DNA of 64,000 bases from Candidatus Gastranaerophilales bacterium (GTDB lineage: Bacteria; Cyanobacteriota; Vampirovibrionia; Gastranaerophilales; Gastranaerophilaceae), in assembly GCA_944325075.1 (NCBI GenBank), contig CALUYU010000002.1, positions 6,970 to 70,969 of the forward strand, in the 5' to 3' direction. Below the pieces are notes generated by a model. That model saw only the letters and a program-made list of their open reading frames with translations. It ran no database searches and was not told the DNA's origin. Position numbers and translations under genes: made by a program. Position 1 is the stretch's first letter. Every line of letters begins with the position of its first letter. Of the stretch, positions 36,420 through 45,144 are shown one piece after another.

Positions 36420-38885
36420 TTAAACTTTTTGTAGCTGGGAAATTGTTGGATCCAGCAATCTGCGCCCGTTGGCAAAGTTAATAGAACATAAAACCTTATT
36501 GCCATATTTAATCATCTTTTCAACAACACCTTCACCATATTTAGGGTGATTTACCCTATCTCCCGGTTCAAAAAAGTCTTTTTGAGTATTAACCGGGGTT
36601 GTCTCGGCAGGATAGATTGGTACAACCGGCGGTTTATTATCATTGGACAGCGGAGCATCTGAAAGAAGGGATTCATAATCCGTAAGCGTCTCTTCATCCC
36701 GGACTTTTGGTGTATCATCTTCCAGCGATTGAAGCATCTCTTCCGAAAATCCAAAGTTTTGCATTGTTTGAGGTTCTGATGGAAGATTAACATCTGTTAT
36801 ATAATCAAGATCATCCAGAGTTAAATTATCATTCAGTTCTTCTGAAGACTGCGGCATGCTAACATCAGTGTCCTGGGGCGAACTCAGTTCCTGAGGAACT
36901 TCTTCAAGTTCTTCATTGTCTGTAGAGTTGTCTTCTATAAAATCAGCCTGGGTTAATCCTGCTGATGATACCGCAAGCTCTGAATCTATGTCGCTTAATT
37001 CTTCTGAGACCGGCTCCGGCTCTTCAAAAGGCTGTAAGTTTTCCTGATCAACTTGCGGCAAGTCAATAAATTCGGAAGATTCATCTTCTATATGGAGTTC
37101 TTCAAGAGTATCTGTTAAATTTAAATTCTCACCTTGCTCTTCTTTAATTTGAGCCTCAGCTACTTCAGGCGGATTTTCCTGGCTAAGTTCTAATTCTTTC
37201 AATAAGTCCTCACCGCTCAAAGACGGCATTTCGACTGCTTCAGACTCAACTTCAGGAATAATTTCAGTTTGTTCGGCTATCGGCGTCTGCTCTACATTTT
37301 GATTTACCGCATTCAATTCTGGTTCTGTCTCAGGTTCTGCTTCTACCAATGTTTCCTGCTCAGGTTCCAGTTCAGACACTTCCTGCTGCTCTGTTTGCTT
37401 AATATCTTCCGCATCAGCTTGTATGGTTTCTTTTTGAAGAATTACTTCTGATTCATCCTCTTCAGTTTGCAGTGAGTCTTGCTCTACATCATCTTGAGAT
37501 TGCTCCTCTACGCTATTACTTGGAGCTTCATCACGCGCTATTGTCTCATCATGAAGCATTGACTCTTGCGAATAAGAATTTGAATCTTCCGAAAAATCAT
37601 CTTTTTCCTGTACTTTTTCTACTGTATCATCCTCTGCATTTACTCCGGAGGACAGGTCATCTTCAGCTTTTATTGCTGCATCAATATCCTCTAGAGGCAT
37701 AATTTCAAGAATAAGCGGAATATTTTGGGTTGATTTACCGTAAATTACGCACTCATCCTGATTTAATTTATTTAAGAATATATTATATGAAGCAAAATCG
37801 TGCTGCATAGTCTGAGGCGTAAACAGAATTAGGTTATTAGCCCTTTCCTTTAACTCATAAAGATACTTGTAGTTATGAGGGCAGACAATTGTCGTATATA
37901 TTTTATCTTCTGATAAAAATCGTCTTATAAGTTTTTTATCAGCATTCTCGCTGTTAATTTTTGTTAAGCTGTAGACATAAAGGCCTAAATCTTCTATTTC
38001 ATTATAAACATAGTTAATAATGAGCTTTTGTAATTCCGGTTCAGCTGAAGATATATCAAGCAGTGTTGATAAATTGGCTCTTATTGTTGCTCTTATGCTT
38101 TGGAACTCTTTTGCAGACTGAGCAAAAACGTTATTTTCTTTATATTTTAAAAGTCTGTTTTTAAGCAAAACTAATTCCGGAATCTCAAGTTCTTTATACT
38201 GAGCATCAACTACAGAAATAAACGTATCAAATGGTATAAATTGATCCAAAACAGTTTTTGAATATTCCTGAACTTCAAGAAATATATCCTGGATAAAAGC
38301 TTTGCTGGCCGGTTCAACGTCATTCAGATCGTTTTCGTAAATAAAGTTTATGCTGTCATAGTTTAGCGGAAGTTTAAAATCTTCGCCAAAAACAAGTCTG
38401 TTTTCAGCATTAATAGTTCCGTCAGTATCAAATATTACTGATTTATTGTTATTGTCTGTTATCTGCTTGGCAAAATTTGATAGTAAAATATCAGTGTTTT
38501 CCGTGTTGTCAGAACATACAACAAGATTTTTTTCTAAAATTGAGTAGTCAACATTAAGTACAAACTTTTGCTGGGCCAATTTACCGATAGTAAGAGGTTT
38601 TTCAATAGGCAGGATATCCAGAAGCTCATTTGAAGCAAGCGGAGTGATAATGGCATCTAATTCCGGAACAGTGCCATTATAATTTTTGACAACGCCTTCC
38701 TGGTTAAATGTAAACAGTAGTTTTACAATTGCATAATTAACTCCGCTGTCGGCTTTTAAGCTCATTACCTGTGCGACGTAAGGATACTGTGAGTCTTCTA
38801 TTATTACAAACCCCGAAATAACCAGATTATCTTTTGCTGTATAAGAAATTTTTACCAGATTATTTTTGACTTCTAATATTTTCAT
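36420..38885 (-). CDS. Large acidic protein: HerA-like N-terminal region with a degenerate P-loop, about 330-aa D/E/Q/S-rich tract, C-terminal PcrA/UvrD-Tudor-like domain
   Basis: Start moved to ATG 38885 (SD AAGGAAG). NLVVCSDNTENTD sits where HerA/FtsK-type ATPases carry GxTGSGKS, and VIFDTDGT where they carry the Walker B/D-x-x-GEY. The C-terminus FEPGDRVNHPKYGEGVVEKM...INF..G.RLL resembles the UvrD/PcrA tail. Confidence 0.45.
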   Translation of the reverse strand: MKILEVKNNLVKISYTAKDNLVISGFVIIEDSQYPYVAQVMSLKADSGVNYAIVKLLFTFNQEGVVKNYNGTVPELDAIITPLASNELLDILPIEKPLTIGKLAQQKFVLNVDYSILEKNLVVCSDNTENTDILLSNFAKQITDNNNKSVIFDTDGTINAENRLVFGEDFKLPLNYDSINFIYENDLNDVEPASKAFIQDIFLEVQEYSKTVLDQFIPFDTFISVVDAQYKELEIPELVLLKNRLLKYKENNVFAQSAKEFQSIRATIRANLSTLLDISSAEPELQKLIINYVYNEIEDLGLYVYSLTKINSENADKKLIRRFLSEDKIYTTIVCPHNYKYLYELKERANNLILFTPQTMQHDFASYNIFLNKLNQDECVIYGKSTQNIPLILEIMPLEDIDAAIKAEDDLSSGVNAEDDTVEKVQEKDDFSEDSNSYSQESMLHDETIARDEAPSNSVEEQSQDDVEQDSLQTEEDESEVILQKETIQADAEDIKQTEQQEVSELEPEQETLVEAEPETEPELNAVNQNVEQTPIAEQTEIIPEVESEAVEMPSLSGEDLLKELELSQENPPEVAEAQIKEEQGENLNLTDTLEELHIEDESSEFIDLPQVDQENLQPFEEPEPVSEELSDIDSELAVSSAGLTQADFIEDNSTDNEELEEVPQELSSPQDTDVSMPQSSEELNDNLTLDDLDYITDVNLPSEPQTMQNFGFSEEMLQSLEDDTPKVRDEETLTDYESLLSDAPLSNDNKPPVVPIYPAETTPVNTQKDFFEPGDRVNHPKYGEGVVEKMIKYGNKVLCSINFANGRRLLDPTISQLQKV

Positions 38886-38932
38886 TGACACTTCCTTTTA
38901 CTATCGTTTTTATTTTACCATAAACATGCCAT

Positions 38933-39523
38933 TTATTCCAAAACTTCTTCAAGAAGTTTGTTGTATATTTCTATTGTCAGCAGACAAATTTTAAGCTCTC
39001 TTTTTACCAGACTTTTTATTGTACTTTTGTAACACTGCAATAAGGCTTTATTAAGCCCGTTTGGCTCATCTAAAAGCCCCTTCACTTCATTAGCATAATC
39101 TTTATCCCGAGTATTTGGCTCAATTTTGTCTGCCAGAAAAATTATTTTTTCAAATTCAGTCATATCAATTTTTCCGAGAGTGTGCCAGCGTATAGCTGAT
39201 AAAATCTCGTTATCTGTTACGCCAAAATCTTTTTCTGCTATATAGGCGCTTACCGGAGCATGCAGGGTTTTATAGTTGAGCATTTCACACTCTTCAACCT
39301 CTAAATTTTTATGAATTATGTCAAGAAGTTTTTCGTTGGTAAAACATTTTGCCGCGTCATGAAGCAGACCTGCCATATACGCCTTTTCGGGATCAAGATT
39401 AAATTTTAAGGCAAGCTCTTTGGCGCATGCGGCTGTACCAAGCGAATGGTCGTATCTCTCAGGTTTCAGATGCGCTTTAAGCCAGTTTTCTATTTCTTCT
39501 TTACTAATTGTTGTATAATTCAT
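38933..39523 (-). CDS. yqeK: HD-domain bis(5'-nucleosyl)-tetraphosphatase YqeK
   Basis: HSLGTA...LLHDAAK HD motif. 20-nt overlap with the nadD upstream, which is the conserved nadD-yqeK pairing. Confidence 0.85.
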   Translation of the reverse strand: MNYTTISKEEIENWLKAHLKPERYDHSLGTAACAKELALKFNLDPEKAYMAGLLHDAAKCFTNEKLLDIIHKNLEVEECEMLNYKTLHAPVSAYIAEKDFGVTDNEILSAIRWHTLGKIDMTEFEKIIFLADKIEPNTRDKDYANEVKGLLDEPNGLNKALLQCYKSTIKSLVKRELKICLLTIEIYNKLLEEVLE

Positions 39524-40094
39524 GTTCTCTTATGTATTCCTCAACTTCTTTAGGTACAAATTTCTTGAGCGGCATATTACTTTTGACAGCTTTTCTTAGC
39601 TCTGTTGATGATATATCTTCAAAGTCAAGCGGCATAATTGTAAACTTGTATCCTTTCATTTTCAGCTTATCAAACTCTTCAGGGTCAAATACCTTGTCAC
39701 GTTTAAATACTAAAAATTCTATAAGATCTTTTAATTTATCTGTTTCGTACCAGGATTCAATTTGCCTGAATGCGTCTGTACCTATAATAAATTTTATTCT
39801 TTTTTCAGGTTTAAACTCTTTTATCAGTTCACAAATTGTAATATATGTGTATGATTTACCATTTAGCCTGTATTCTATATCTGAAATTTGAAAGTGCGGA
39901 TTATTTTTTATAGCGAGCTTAACCATGTTATATCTATGTGTGCTCAGTGATTTATCACACTGCTTGTGCGGAGGCTCATATGCCGGTATAAATATTATTT
40001 TATCTATTCCGAAATTATTTACCAGATATTCCGCAGCTCTCAGATGTGCATTATGTATTGGATTAAACGTTCCTTGAAATAAGCATAATTCCAT
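39504..40094 (-). CDS. nadD: Nicotinate-nucleotide adenylyltransferase
   Basis: FQGTFNPIHNAHL ((H/T)xGH-type motif) and ISSTELR. Confidence 0.9.
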   Translation of the reverse strand: MELCLFQGTFNPIHNAHLRAAEYLVNNFGIDKIIFIPAYEPPHKQCDKSLSTHRYNMVKLAIKNNPHFQISDIEYRLNGKSYTYITICELIKEFKPEKRIKFIIGTDAFRQIESWYETDKLKDLIEFLVFKRDKVFDPEEFDKLKMKGYKFTIMPLDFEDISSTELRKAVKSNMPLKKFVPKEVEEYIREHELYNN

Positions 40095-40100
40095 AAGTCG

Positions 40101-40129
40101 ATAATAACATAAATGTTAACATTTGTAAA
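40101..40129 (-). promoter_or_regulatory. nadD promoter: TTTACA-17-TGtTATTAT, with the -10 6 nt before the ATG (candidate leaderless)
   Basis: The minus strand reads TTTACA (40129-40124), 17-nt spacer, TATTAT (40106-40101), cgactt, ATG 40094. Confidence 0.5.
40111..40124. promoter_or_regulatory. Perfect 14-bp palindrome AAATGTTAACATTT in a divergent intergenic region
   Basis: Self-complementary on manual check. Part of an 18-nt element repeated at 56257-56274. Confidence 0.5.
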
Positions 40130-40204
40130 ATTTTTTATCATATTTTAAAGTATATTCAACCATATGTCGTAGAAAAAAGTGTATAAATGTAAGGAATTTT
40201 GATT

Positions 40205-41020
40205 ATGGGTATGTCGGCCGCACAAGCTAGATTGTTAACTATAACGCAAAGACTTAATAATAACGAGCTTAGCGCGCAGAGTATAACCAATGCTAAAACC
40301 AGGCTTTCGATGGATACCCAAGAGATAAGCGATAAATATGTCCAGGCATTGGATAAAGAACAGTTAAACTATTCTTATTATGATGCAAACGGAAACAAGA
40401 GTACGCAAAGGCTTACTGCTGCGTTATTAACGCAATATGGAGAATTAAAGAACCAATACGTTATTGTAAATTCATACGGTCAGGCAATGGTTAGTGAAGA
40501 TGAGGCGGAAAACTTTAAGAACAGCGCAAATCTTGAAGAATTTCTGAAAAACTGTAACGCTGATGATGATACTGAAAAAAGCTGGTATACTAATTTATGG
40601 TACAGAATGAACGGCGAAAATGATAATAAATCTTCAGCCAAAGAACAGAATTGGACGACAATTAGTGATGCAGATCTAAACAGCACAAGCTGGATTCAGC
40701 ATGCGCTGGAATCCGGGGCAATTACACTTGAGCAGGCAAAGGTTGATGCTGAGAATGAAGAAACTGGTGATAAAATTTCCTGGACTACTATAAGTTATAA
40801 CAGTTCCGCTGATATTACTGAAACCAATGATGATACGGAAATTGCAAAAGCAGAAGCCGAATATAATTATGAAATGCAAAAAATTCAGGCAAAAGATAAA
40901 GAGTATGATAATGAATTAAAGCTGTTAGATACTGAGCACTCAGCACTTGAGAGTGAATATGAATCTGTAAAAACTACTCTCGAGAAAAATGTTGAACGCT
41001 CATTTAAAACATTTTCTTAA
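40205..41020 (+). CDS. Unknown-function protein, minimal (271-aa) member of the conserved-termini family
   Basis: ATG 40205 behind SD AAGGAA (the track starts at TTG 40199). N- and C-terminal blocks align with 9228-11471. Confidence 0.8.
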   Translation: MGMSAAQARLLTITQRLNNNELSAQSITNAKTRLSMDTQEISDKYVQALDKEQLNYSYYDANGNKSTQRLTAALLTQYGELKNQYVIVNSYGQAMVSEDEAENFKNSANLEEFLKNCNADDDTEKSWYTNLWYRMNGENDNKSSAKEQNWTTISDADLNSTSWIQHALESGAITLEQAKVDAENEETGDKISWTTISYNSSADITETNDDTEIAKAEAEYNYEMQKIQAKDKEYDNELKLLDTEHSALESEYESVKTTLEKNVERSFKTFS

Positions 41021-43119
41021 ATTGAAAGGGTATCTATTGCAAGCTTTTCAGCATTTTCAGCACGTTTTAATGCCAAATCAAGTTCAGCAGTATTCTGCGG
41101 GGTTTCCTTAATCTTTACACCTTCCGGAGATGGAATATAGCGTTGTTTGGGCTTTGTGGTATCTTGTACCTGAGTTTGGGAATTTTCAGGGCTTTTAGGA
41201 GTTAAATTCCCGGTGTGGCTGATGTTAGCCCCGTTAATCTGTTGCGTTTTATTTTTATATTTATTAAGTAAATTTGTATCAGATATGGTGGCTGGCGCTG
41301 CCGGAGTTATAGTTTGATTTTGAGCTGATGGTTGAGCTGCTTGCTGCCCGTTATTATGATCCGCTTCCTGAGGCTCTTTGTCCAGAAGAGACTCTTTTGG
41401 ACGTCCAAATATCATATGAGTTCCTTTTACTAAAAGCTTATTCAGGAACGGAACAACTATCAGCATTGGGAAGATAAATCTGACCGGATATCCGGCTACC
41501 TGCTTAAACCAGTATTTAGGATTTCTCATAACATCTTTGAAACGCGGCCAGATATTCTTAAAATACTGCTTAGGTGAGGATAGAATATTTGTAATAGTCA
41601 AATCAACTTTTTTAGCTTTATGCTTAGAATAAGGTCTGATTTGCTCAAGGCCGACAGTAAGAATGTCGCCGGCTTTTCTTCCCAGCCATACAAGCGGATT
41701 GTGGGTTTTTGGACGGAATTTGCCTTTGAGAACCTTCCTTGCTGCTTTATATTCTGCTTTGTTTTTGAAGAATCCGTTCATAACTTTGTCATTAAATTCC
41801 TGAACGGCTTTTCTGTAGGCCTCAACCTGTTGAGGTGTCATGCCGGAATATTGTAAACCACCAATTTTATGCATAAGCTGTACTGCAGGCGGCATAAATA
41901 CAAAGAATCCAACCAATTCAGCAAATCTTTCTGCAAATGATCTGAATTTGTCTCCGGTTGTTTCCTGGCGGTTTGCCCTGATAAGTACTTCTGCAAGGAA
42001 ATAAGCTTGCATTAATGCAGCAAGTTTTCCTCCGGCAATACGGCTTGTGGCACCTTCCATGACCTGATTACTCAGTTTTGCAAGACCTCGGCCAAGGATT
42101 GTGCTATGCTGAAGATTTTTTTGTCCCATTGAGGCTAAAAGCTTGTTGTAAGTTTCGCTGAATGGAACTTTTCGTCCGGTAAGCTGACCTTTTAAAATTG
42201 TTCCAATATTTTTATCAGAATAGCTTATTCTTGCGAATAAGTTTTTGTTTGGTTTTTGAAGTATTTCTAATATTCGGTCAATATGTTTAATAGGTTCTTT
42301 TTTTATCAGCTCAAATTCCTTTACGCTGCCAAATCCCATTGCTTTTACTTTTAATTCTTTTAATAATTCCGCACGCTTTTGCGGGGCCATATTTCTAAAG
42401 GCTCGAATTGTTTTTGGTGATTTGTCAGGGTTAAGTACTCGAAATTCCTCTGCTTCAAGTAACAACTTCCGTTCATAAGCAGAAGGCGCCTTACTTACAT
42501 TCTTTTCAATCTGTGCTATTTCCTGCTTGCTTAAACCTAAACAGTCAAAATCTTTAGGGCTTTTAAGCGGTTCTAAAAATCCGTCCCACATCGGGGTACA
42601 GTCATGCGCTATCATACCCTTTATTCCTTCGGCTTGAGCCTTAACAAGACCAAGTTCCGGAACTGACGGGGTGCGGTCAAATGCTCTTATAAGCGCGGAT
42701 TTGTCATAAACATTTTTCTTGAAAAACCGTTTTATCCCCTTAAATCCATTATTTATTGTCCGCGCAGCAGCATTTTGGGTGAAGAAATTGCTGAACTTGT
42801 CACCTGCATTTCCTATTTTATATAGAACTGTTTTATTATAATCACCCTTACAGAACTTCAAATATCTGTCCATTGCCTGATTAATTATAAGCCAGGTTGG
42901 AATTGTCACTCCATATTGTAACAACGGATCTATATCACTAAATGACGTTAAGCGGTTTCCCAAATATGAATCTGTAACACCTTCTTTAAGTTTTTGGGTA
43001 TTTATGTCAGCCTGCATTGCAGGGGCTGCCCCGGCCGGCATTGTAGCTGCCATACCAAAAGTTCCGCTGCCAAATTGTGGTTTCCCGTATATTCTGCCGT
43101 TATCTTGAATTTCTACCAT
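41017..43119 (-). CDS. Hypothetical 700-aa membrane-associated protein
   Basis: Hydrophobic segments around FAELVGFFVFMPPAV and VRFIFPMLIVVPFL, and a Q/N/T/P-rich C-terminal tail. No recognised domain. 4-nt convergent stop overlap with 40205-41020. Confidence 0.65.
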   Translation of the reverse strand: MVEIQDNGRIYGKPQFGSGTFGMAATMPAGAAPAMQADINTQKLKEGVTDSYLGNRLTSFSDIDPLLQYGVTIPTWLIINQAMDRYLKFCKGDYNKTVLYKIGNAGDKFSNFFTQNAAARTINNGFKGIKRFFKKNVYDKSALIRAFDRTPSVPELGLVKAQAEGIKGMIAHDCTPMWDGFLEPLKSPKDFDCLGLSKQEIAQIEKNVSKAPSAYERKLLLEAEEFRVLNPDKSPKTIRAFRNMAPQKRAELLKELKVKAMGFGSVKEFELIKKEPIKHIDRILEILQKPNKNLFARISYSDKNIGTILKGQLTGRKVPFSETYNKLLASMGQKNLQHSTILGRGLAKLSNQVMEGATSRIAGGKLAALMQAYFLAEVLIRANRQETTGDKFRSFAERFAELVGFFVFMPPAVQLMHKIGGLQYSGMTPQQVEAYRKAVQEFNDKVMNGFFKNKAEYKAARKVLKGKFRPKTHNPLVWLGRKAGDILTVGLEQIRPYSKHKAKKVDLTITNILSSPKQYFKNIWPRFKDVMRNPKYWFKQVAGYPVRFIFPMLIVVPFLNKLLVKGTHMIFGRPKESLLDKEPQEADHNNGQQAAQPSAQNQTITPAAPATISDTNLLNKYKNKTQQINGANISHTGNLTPKSPENSQTQVQDTTKPKQRYIPSPEGVKIKETPQNTAELDLALKRAENAEKLAIDTLSI

Positions 43120-43296
43120 TACTTACTATTTTCCCTATATAAATATAAAAACATTGTTTTACAAAAAATTGCTTTTATTAATAATTTAAAGCGCCTTTGT
43201 AAAGAAATGTAACAAAAAAATAACTGTAGTGAAATTTTAAAAAGAGTATATACTTTATATATATACAGAGAGCGAACAAAAGAAGAGAGGTCGAAT

Positions 43297-43464
43297 ATGG
43301 CAGTAGCTAACTTGAAAAAGATTGATAAAAAACTAAATGACATATACAAAGACCAAATCACAACAAACACTTCAAAAGAGGCCTTTGTTGACCGCTCGGA
43401 GGTTTTGCTGGCACAGATGAATTTTATAGCCGTTGCAAATAAGCAGGCACTTCATCTTGTATAG
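43297..43464 (+). CDS. Candidate small protein (55 aa)
   Basis: Below the track cutoff. SD AGAGAGG 7 nt before the ATG, with a terminator 60 nt downstream. Translation: MAVANLKKIDKKLNDIYKDQITTNTSKEAFVDRSEVLLAQMNFIAVANKQALHLV. Confidence 0.4.
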   Translation: MAVANLKKIDKKLNDIYKDQITTNTSKEAFVDRSEVLLAQMNFIAVANKQALHLV

Positions 43465-43526
43465 ATTTCAAATTTTAACTTTTTAATAATAATAACTCCA
43501 ATTAATTTTTCCCCTACAAATTTTAA

Positions 43527-43561
43527 CCTGATTTTCCCCAATAAAATCAGGCTTTTTTTTT
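43527..43561. terminator. Hairpin terminator shared by the small ORF (+) and the phosphohexomutase gene (-)
   Basis: CCTGATTTT-ccccaat-AAAATCAGG followed by a T9 run. Confidence 0.75.
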
Positions 43562-43576
43562 GTATATGGGAAACGG

Positions 43577-45052
43577 TTAATTATTTTTTACTTTTAGAAT
43601 ATCATCAAGAATTCCGGTCATAACTGATTGGAGTTTTTCAGCCTCATCTTTAGTTTTGGCCTCAAAACGCAATGTAAATACCGGTTCGGTATTGCTTTGC
43701 CTTATGAGCGCAAATCCGCCGTCAAAAACAATTCTCATACCATCAAGGGTGATTATATCCTTAATCTCACTGCCAAAAATATTTTTATTTTCATCAATTT
43801 TTTGTTTTACGGCCTCCAGCGTTGACTTCTTCAGCTCATTCGGACACGGATAGCGCAACTCGGAAGAGGAATATACCCTCTCGAATGGTTTAAGCATATC
43901 GCATATTGTAAAATTAGGATTTGCTCTTTTCTTTTTCGAAATGATTTCTATAATTCTGCAGCCGGCATAAATAGCATCATCAAAACCATAATACTTATCT
44001 TTAAAGAAAGTATGACCGCTCATTTCTCCGGCCAATAGTGCCCCGGTTTCTTGCATCATTGCCTTTATATATCCGTGTCCGGTTTTACACATAACCGCAT
44101 GTCCGCCCATCTTATTAATTGAGTCATAAAGAACCTGTGAACACTTAACTTCACTAACAATGGTTGGACAAACATTTTTTTCTTTGCATTCATCAATCAA
44201 CTCTGAAGCATATATTAAAAGAAGCTTATCTCCGGTTAAGAACTTCCCGCAATTATCAACGACTCCGATACGATCGCTGTCCCCGTCGTACGCGATTCCG
44301 ATATCTGCCTTTGTTTCAACAACTTTAAGCTTAAGTGTGTCAAGAGTACTTTCAACACTTGGATTTGGGTGGTGATTAGGGAAGGTTCCGTCCGGCTCGG
44401 AGAAAAGTTCAACAACATCACAGCCAAGCTCTCTGTATAATTTAGGGCCGACAATTCCGCCTGTAGCATTTGCGCTGTCGACAACAACCTTAACACCTTT
44501 GCCTATCATGCCAAAACGGAATTTCATATCCTCAATATAAGAAGGAATTATATCATAATTTACAACCAGTGACTGATTAAGCGGCTGTATATCATTTGTC
44601 CAGTTACTGAGTGTTACTTCTTTTAACTCTTTAATTTTTTGTTCCGATAACGTTTGGTGTTCAAAAGTCATTTTCAGACCATTGTATTCTTTGGGATTAT
44701 GGCTTGCAGTGATTATGCAGGCCGCTATAATTTTGTGCCCGTCAGTAACACTAGCCGGAAGACCTTTAACTTCTGAATAATAACCAATAGGAGTCGGCGC
44801 AAGGCCAAGATCAACTACATGCGCTCCGGTTGATGTAATTCCGGCTTGAAGCGCTTTTGATAGCATCGGAGAATGTGTCCTTGCATCCATGCAAACAGTC
44901 AGATACATATCTGATTCTTTTGTAGATGAAAGTTGGTTCAAGTACTTTACATAACTTCTGCCTACATTATAAAAAAGTTCTTCTGTAATATCTTCACCGT
45001 AAATTCCTCTGATATCATTTTTCCCAAAGGCATGATCATATTTATTTTCCAT
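43577..45052 (-). CDS. Phosphomannomutase/phosphoglucomutase
   Basis: TASHNPKEYNGLK active-site Ser loop, DGDSDR metal loop, GEMSGH sugar loop. Confidence 0.9.
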   Translation of the reverse strand: MENKYDHAFGKNDIRGIYGEDITEELFYNVGRSYVKYLNQLSSTKESDMYLTVCMDARTHSPMLSKALQAGITSTGAHVVDLGLAPTPIGYYSEVKGLPASVTDGHKIIAACIITASHNPKEYNGLKMTFEHQTLSEQKIKELKEVTLSNWTNDIQPLNQSLVVNYDIIPSYIEDMKFRFGMIGKGVKVVVDSANATGGIVGPKLYRELGCDVVELFSEPDGTFPNHHPNPSVESTLDTLKLKVVETKADIGIAYDGDSDRIGVVDNCGKFLTGDKLLLIYASELIDECKEKNVCPTIVSEVKCSQVLYDSINKMGGHAVMCKTGHGYIKAMMQETGALLAGEMSGHTFFKDKYYGFDDAIYAGCRIIEIISKKKRANPNFTICDMLKPFERVYSSSELRYPCPNELKKSTLEAVKQKIDENKNIFGSEIKDIITLDGMRIVFDGGFALIRQSNTEPVFTLRFEAKTKDEAEKLQSVMTGILDDILKVKNN

Positions 45053-45132
45053 AAAAGTTTGTCTCCCTAATCGTTATCCGAAAAAATTATAACATAAATA
45101 TCAGAGGTTTAAATCTGTAATTTTGTTTGAAT

Positions 45133-45138
45133 TATAAT
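45133..45138 (+). promoter_or_regulatory. -10 TATAAT 6 nt before ATG 45145 (candidate leaderless promoter)
   Basis: TATAAT-tattat-ATG with no SD. Confidence 0.4.
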
Positions 45139-45144
45139 TATTAT

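Noticed and set aside
36800-37700. Possible DNA tandem repeat in the acidic region of the 823-aa protein
   Set aside because: The region shows a compositional bias (GAA/GAT/CAG-rich on the coding strand) without a consistent repeat unit on inspection.
40146-40173. Sigma-28-like promoter (TAAA-N15-TGTCGTAG) upstream of the family paralogue
   Set aside because: The downstream half matches GCCGATAA poorly (CGTA versus CGAT). No equivalent exists upstream of the other two family genes.
41017-41020. Convergent stop-codon overlaps or abutments (also 49770-49775 and 60734-60744)
   Set aside because: They are real in the sequence but common in compact genomes. They are noted within other findings rather than as a system.
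43119-43370. 83-aa minus-strand ORF in the intergenic region
   Set aside because: It has no RBS and an F/I/L/S-rich composition typical of AT-rich noise. The plus-strand 55-aa ORF with an SD and a terminator explains the region better.
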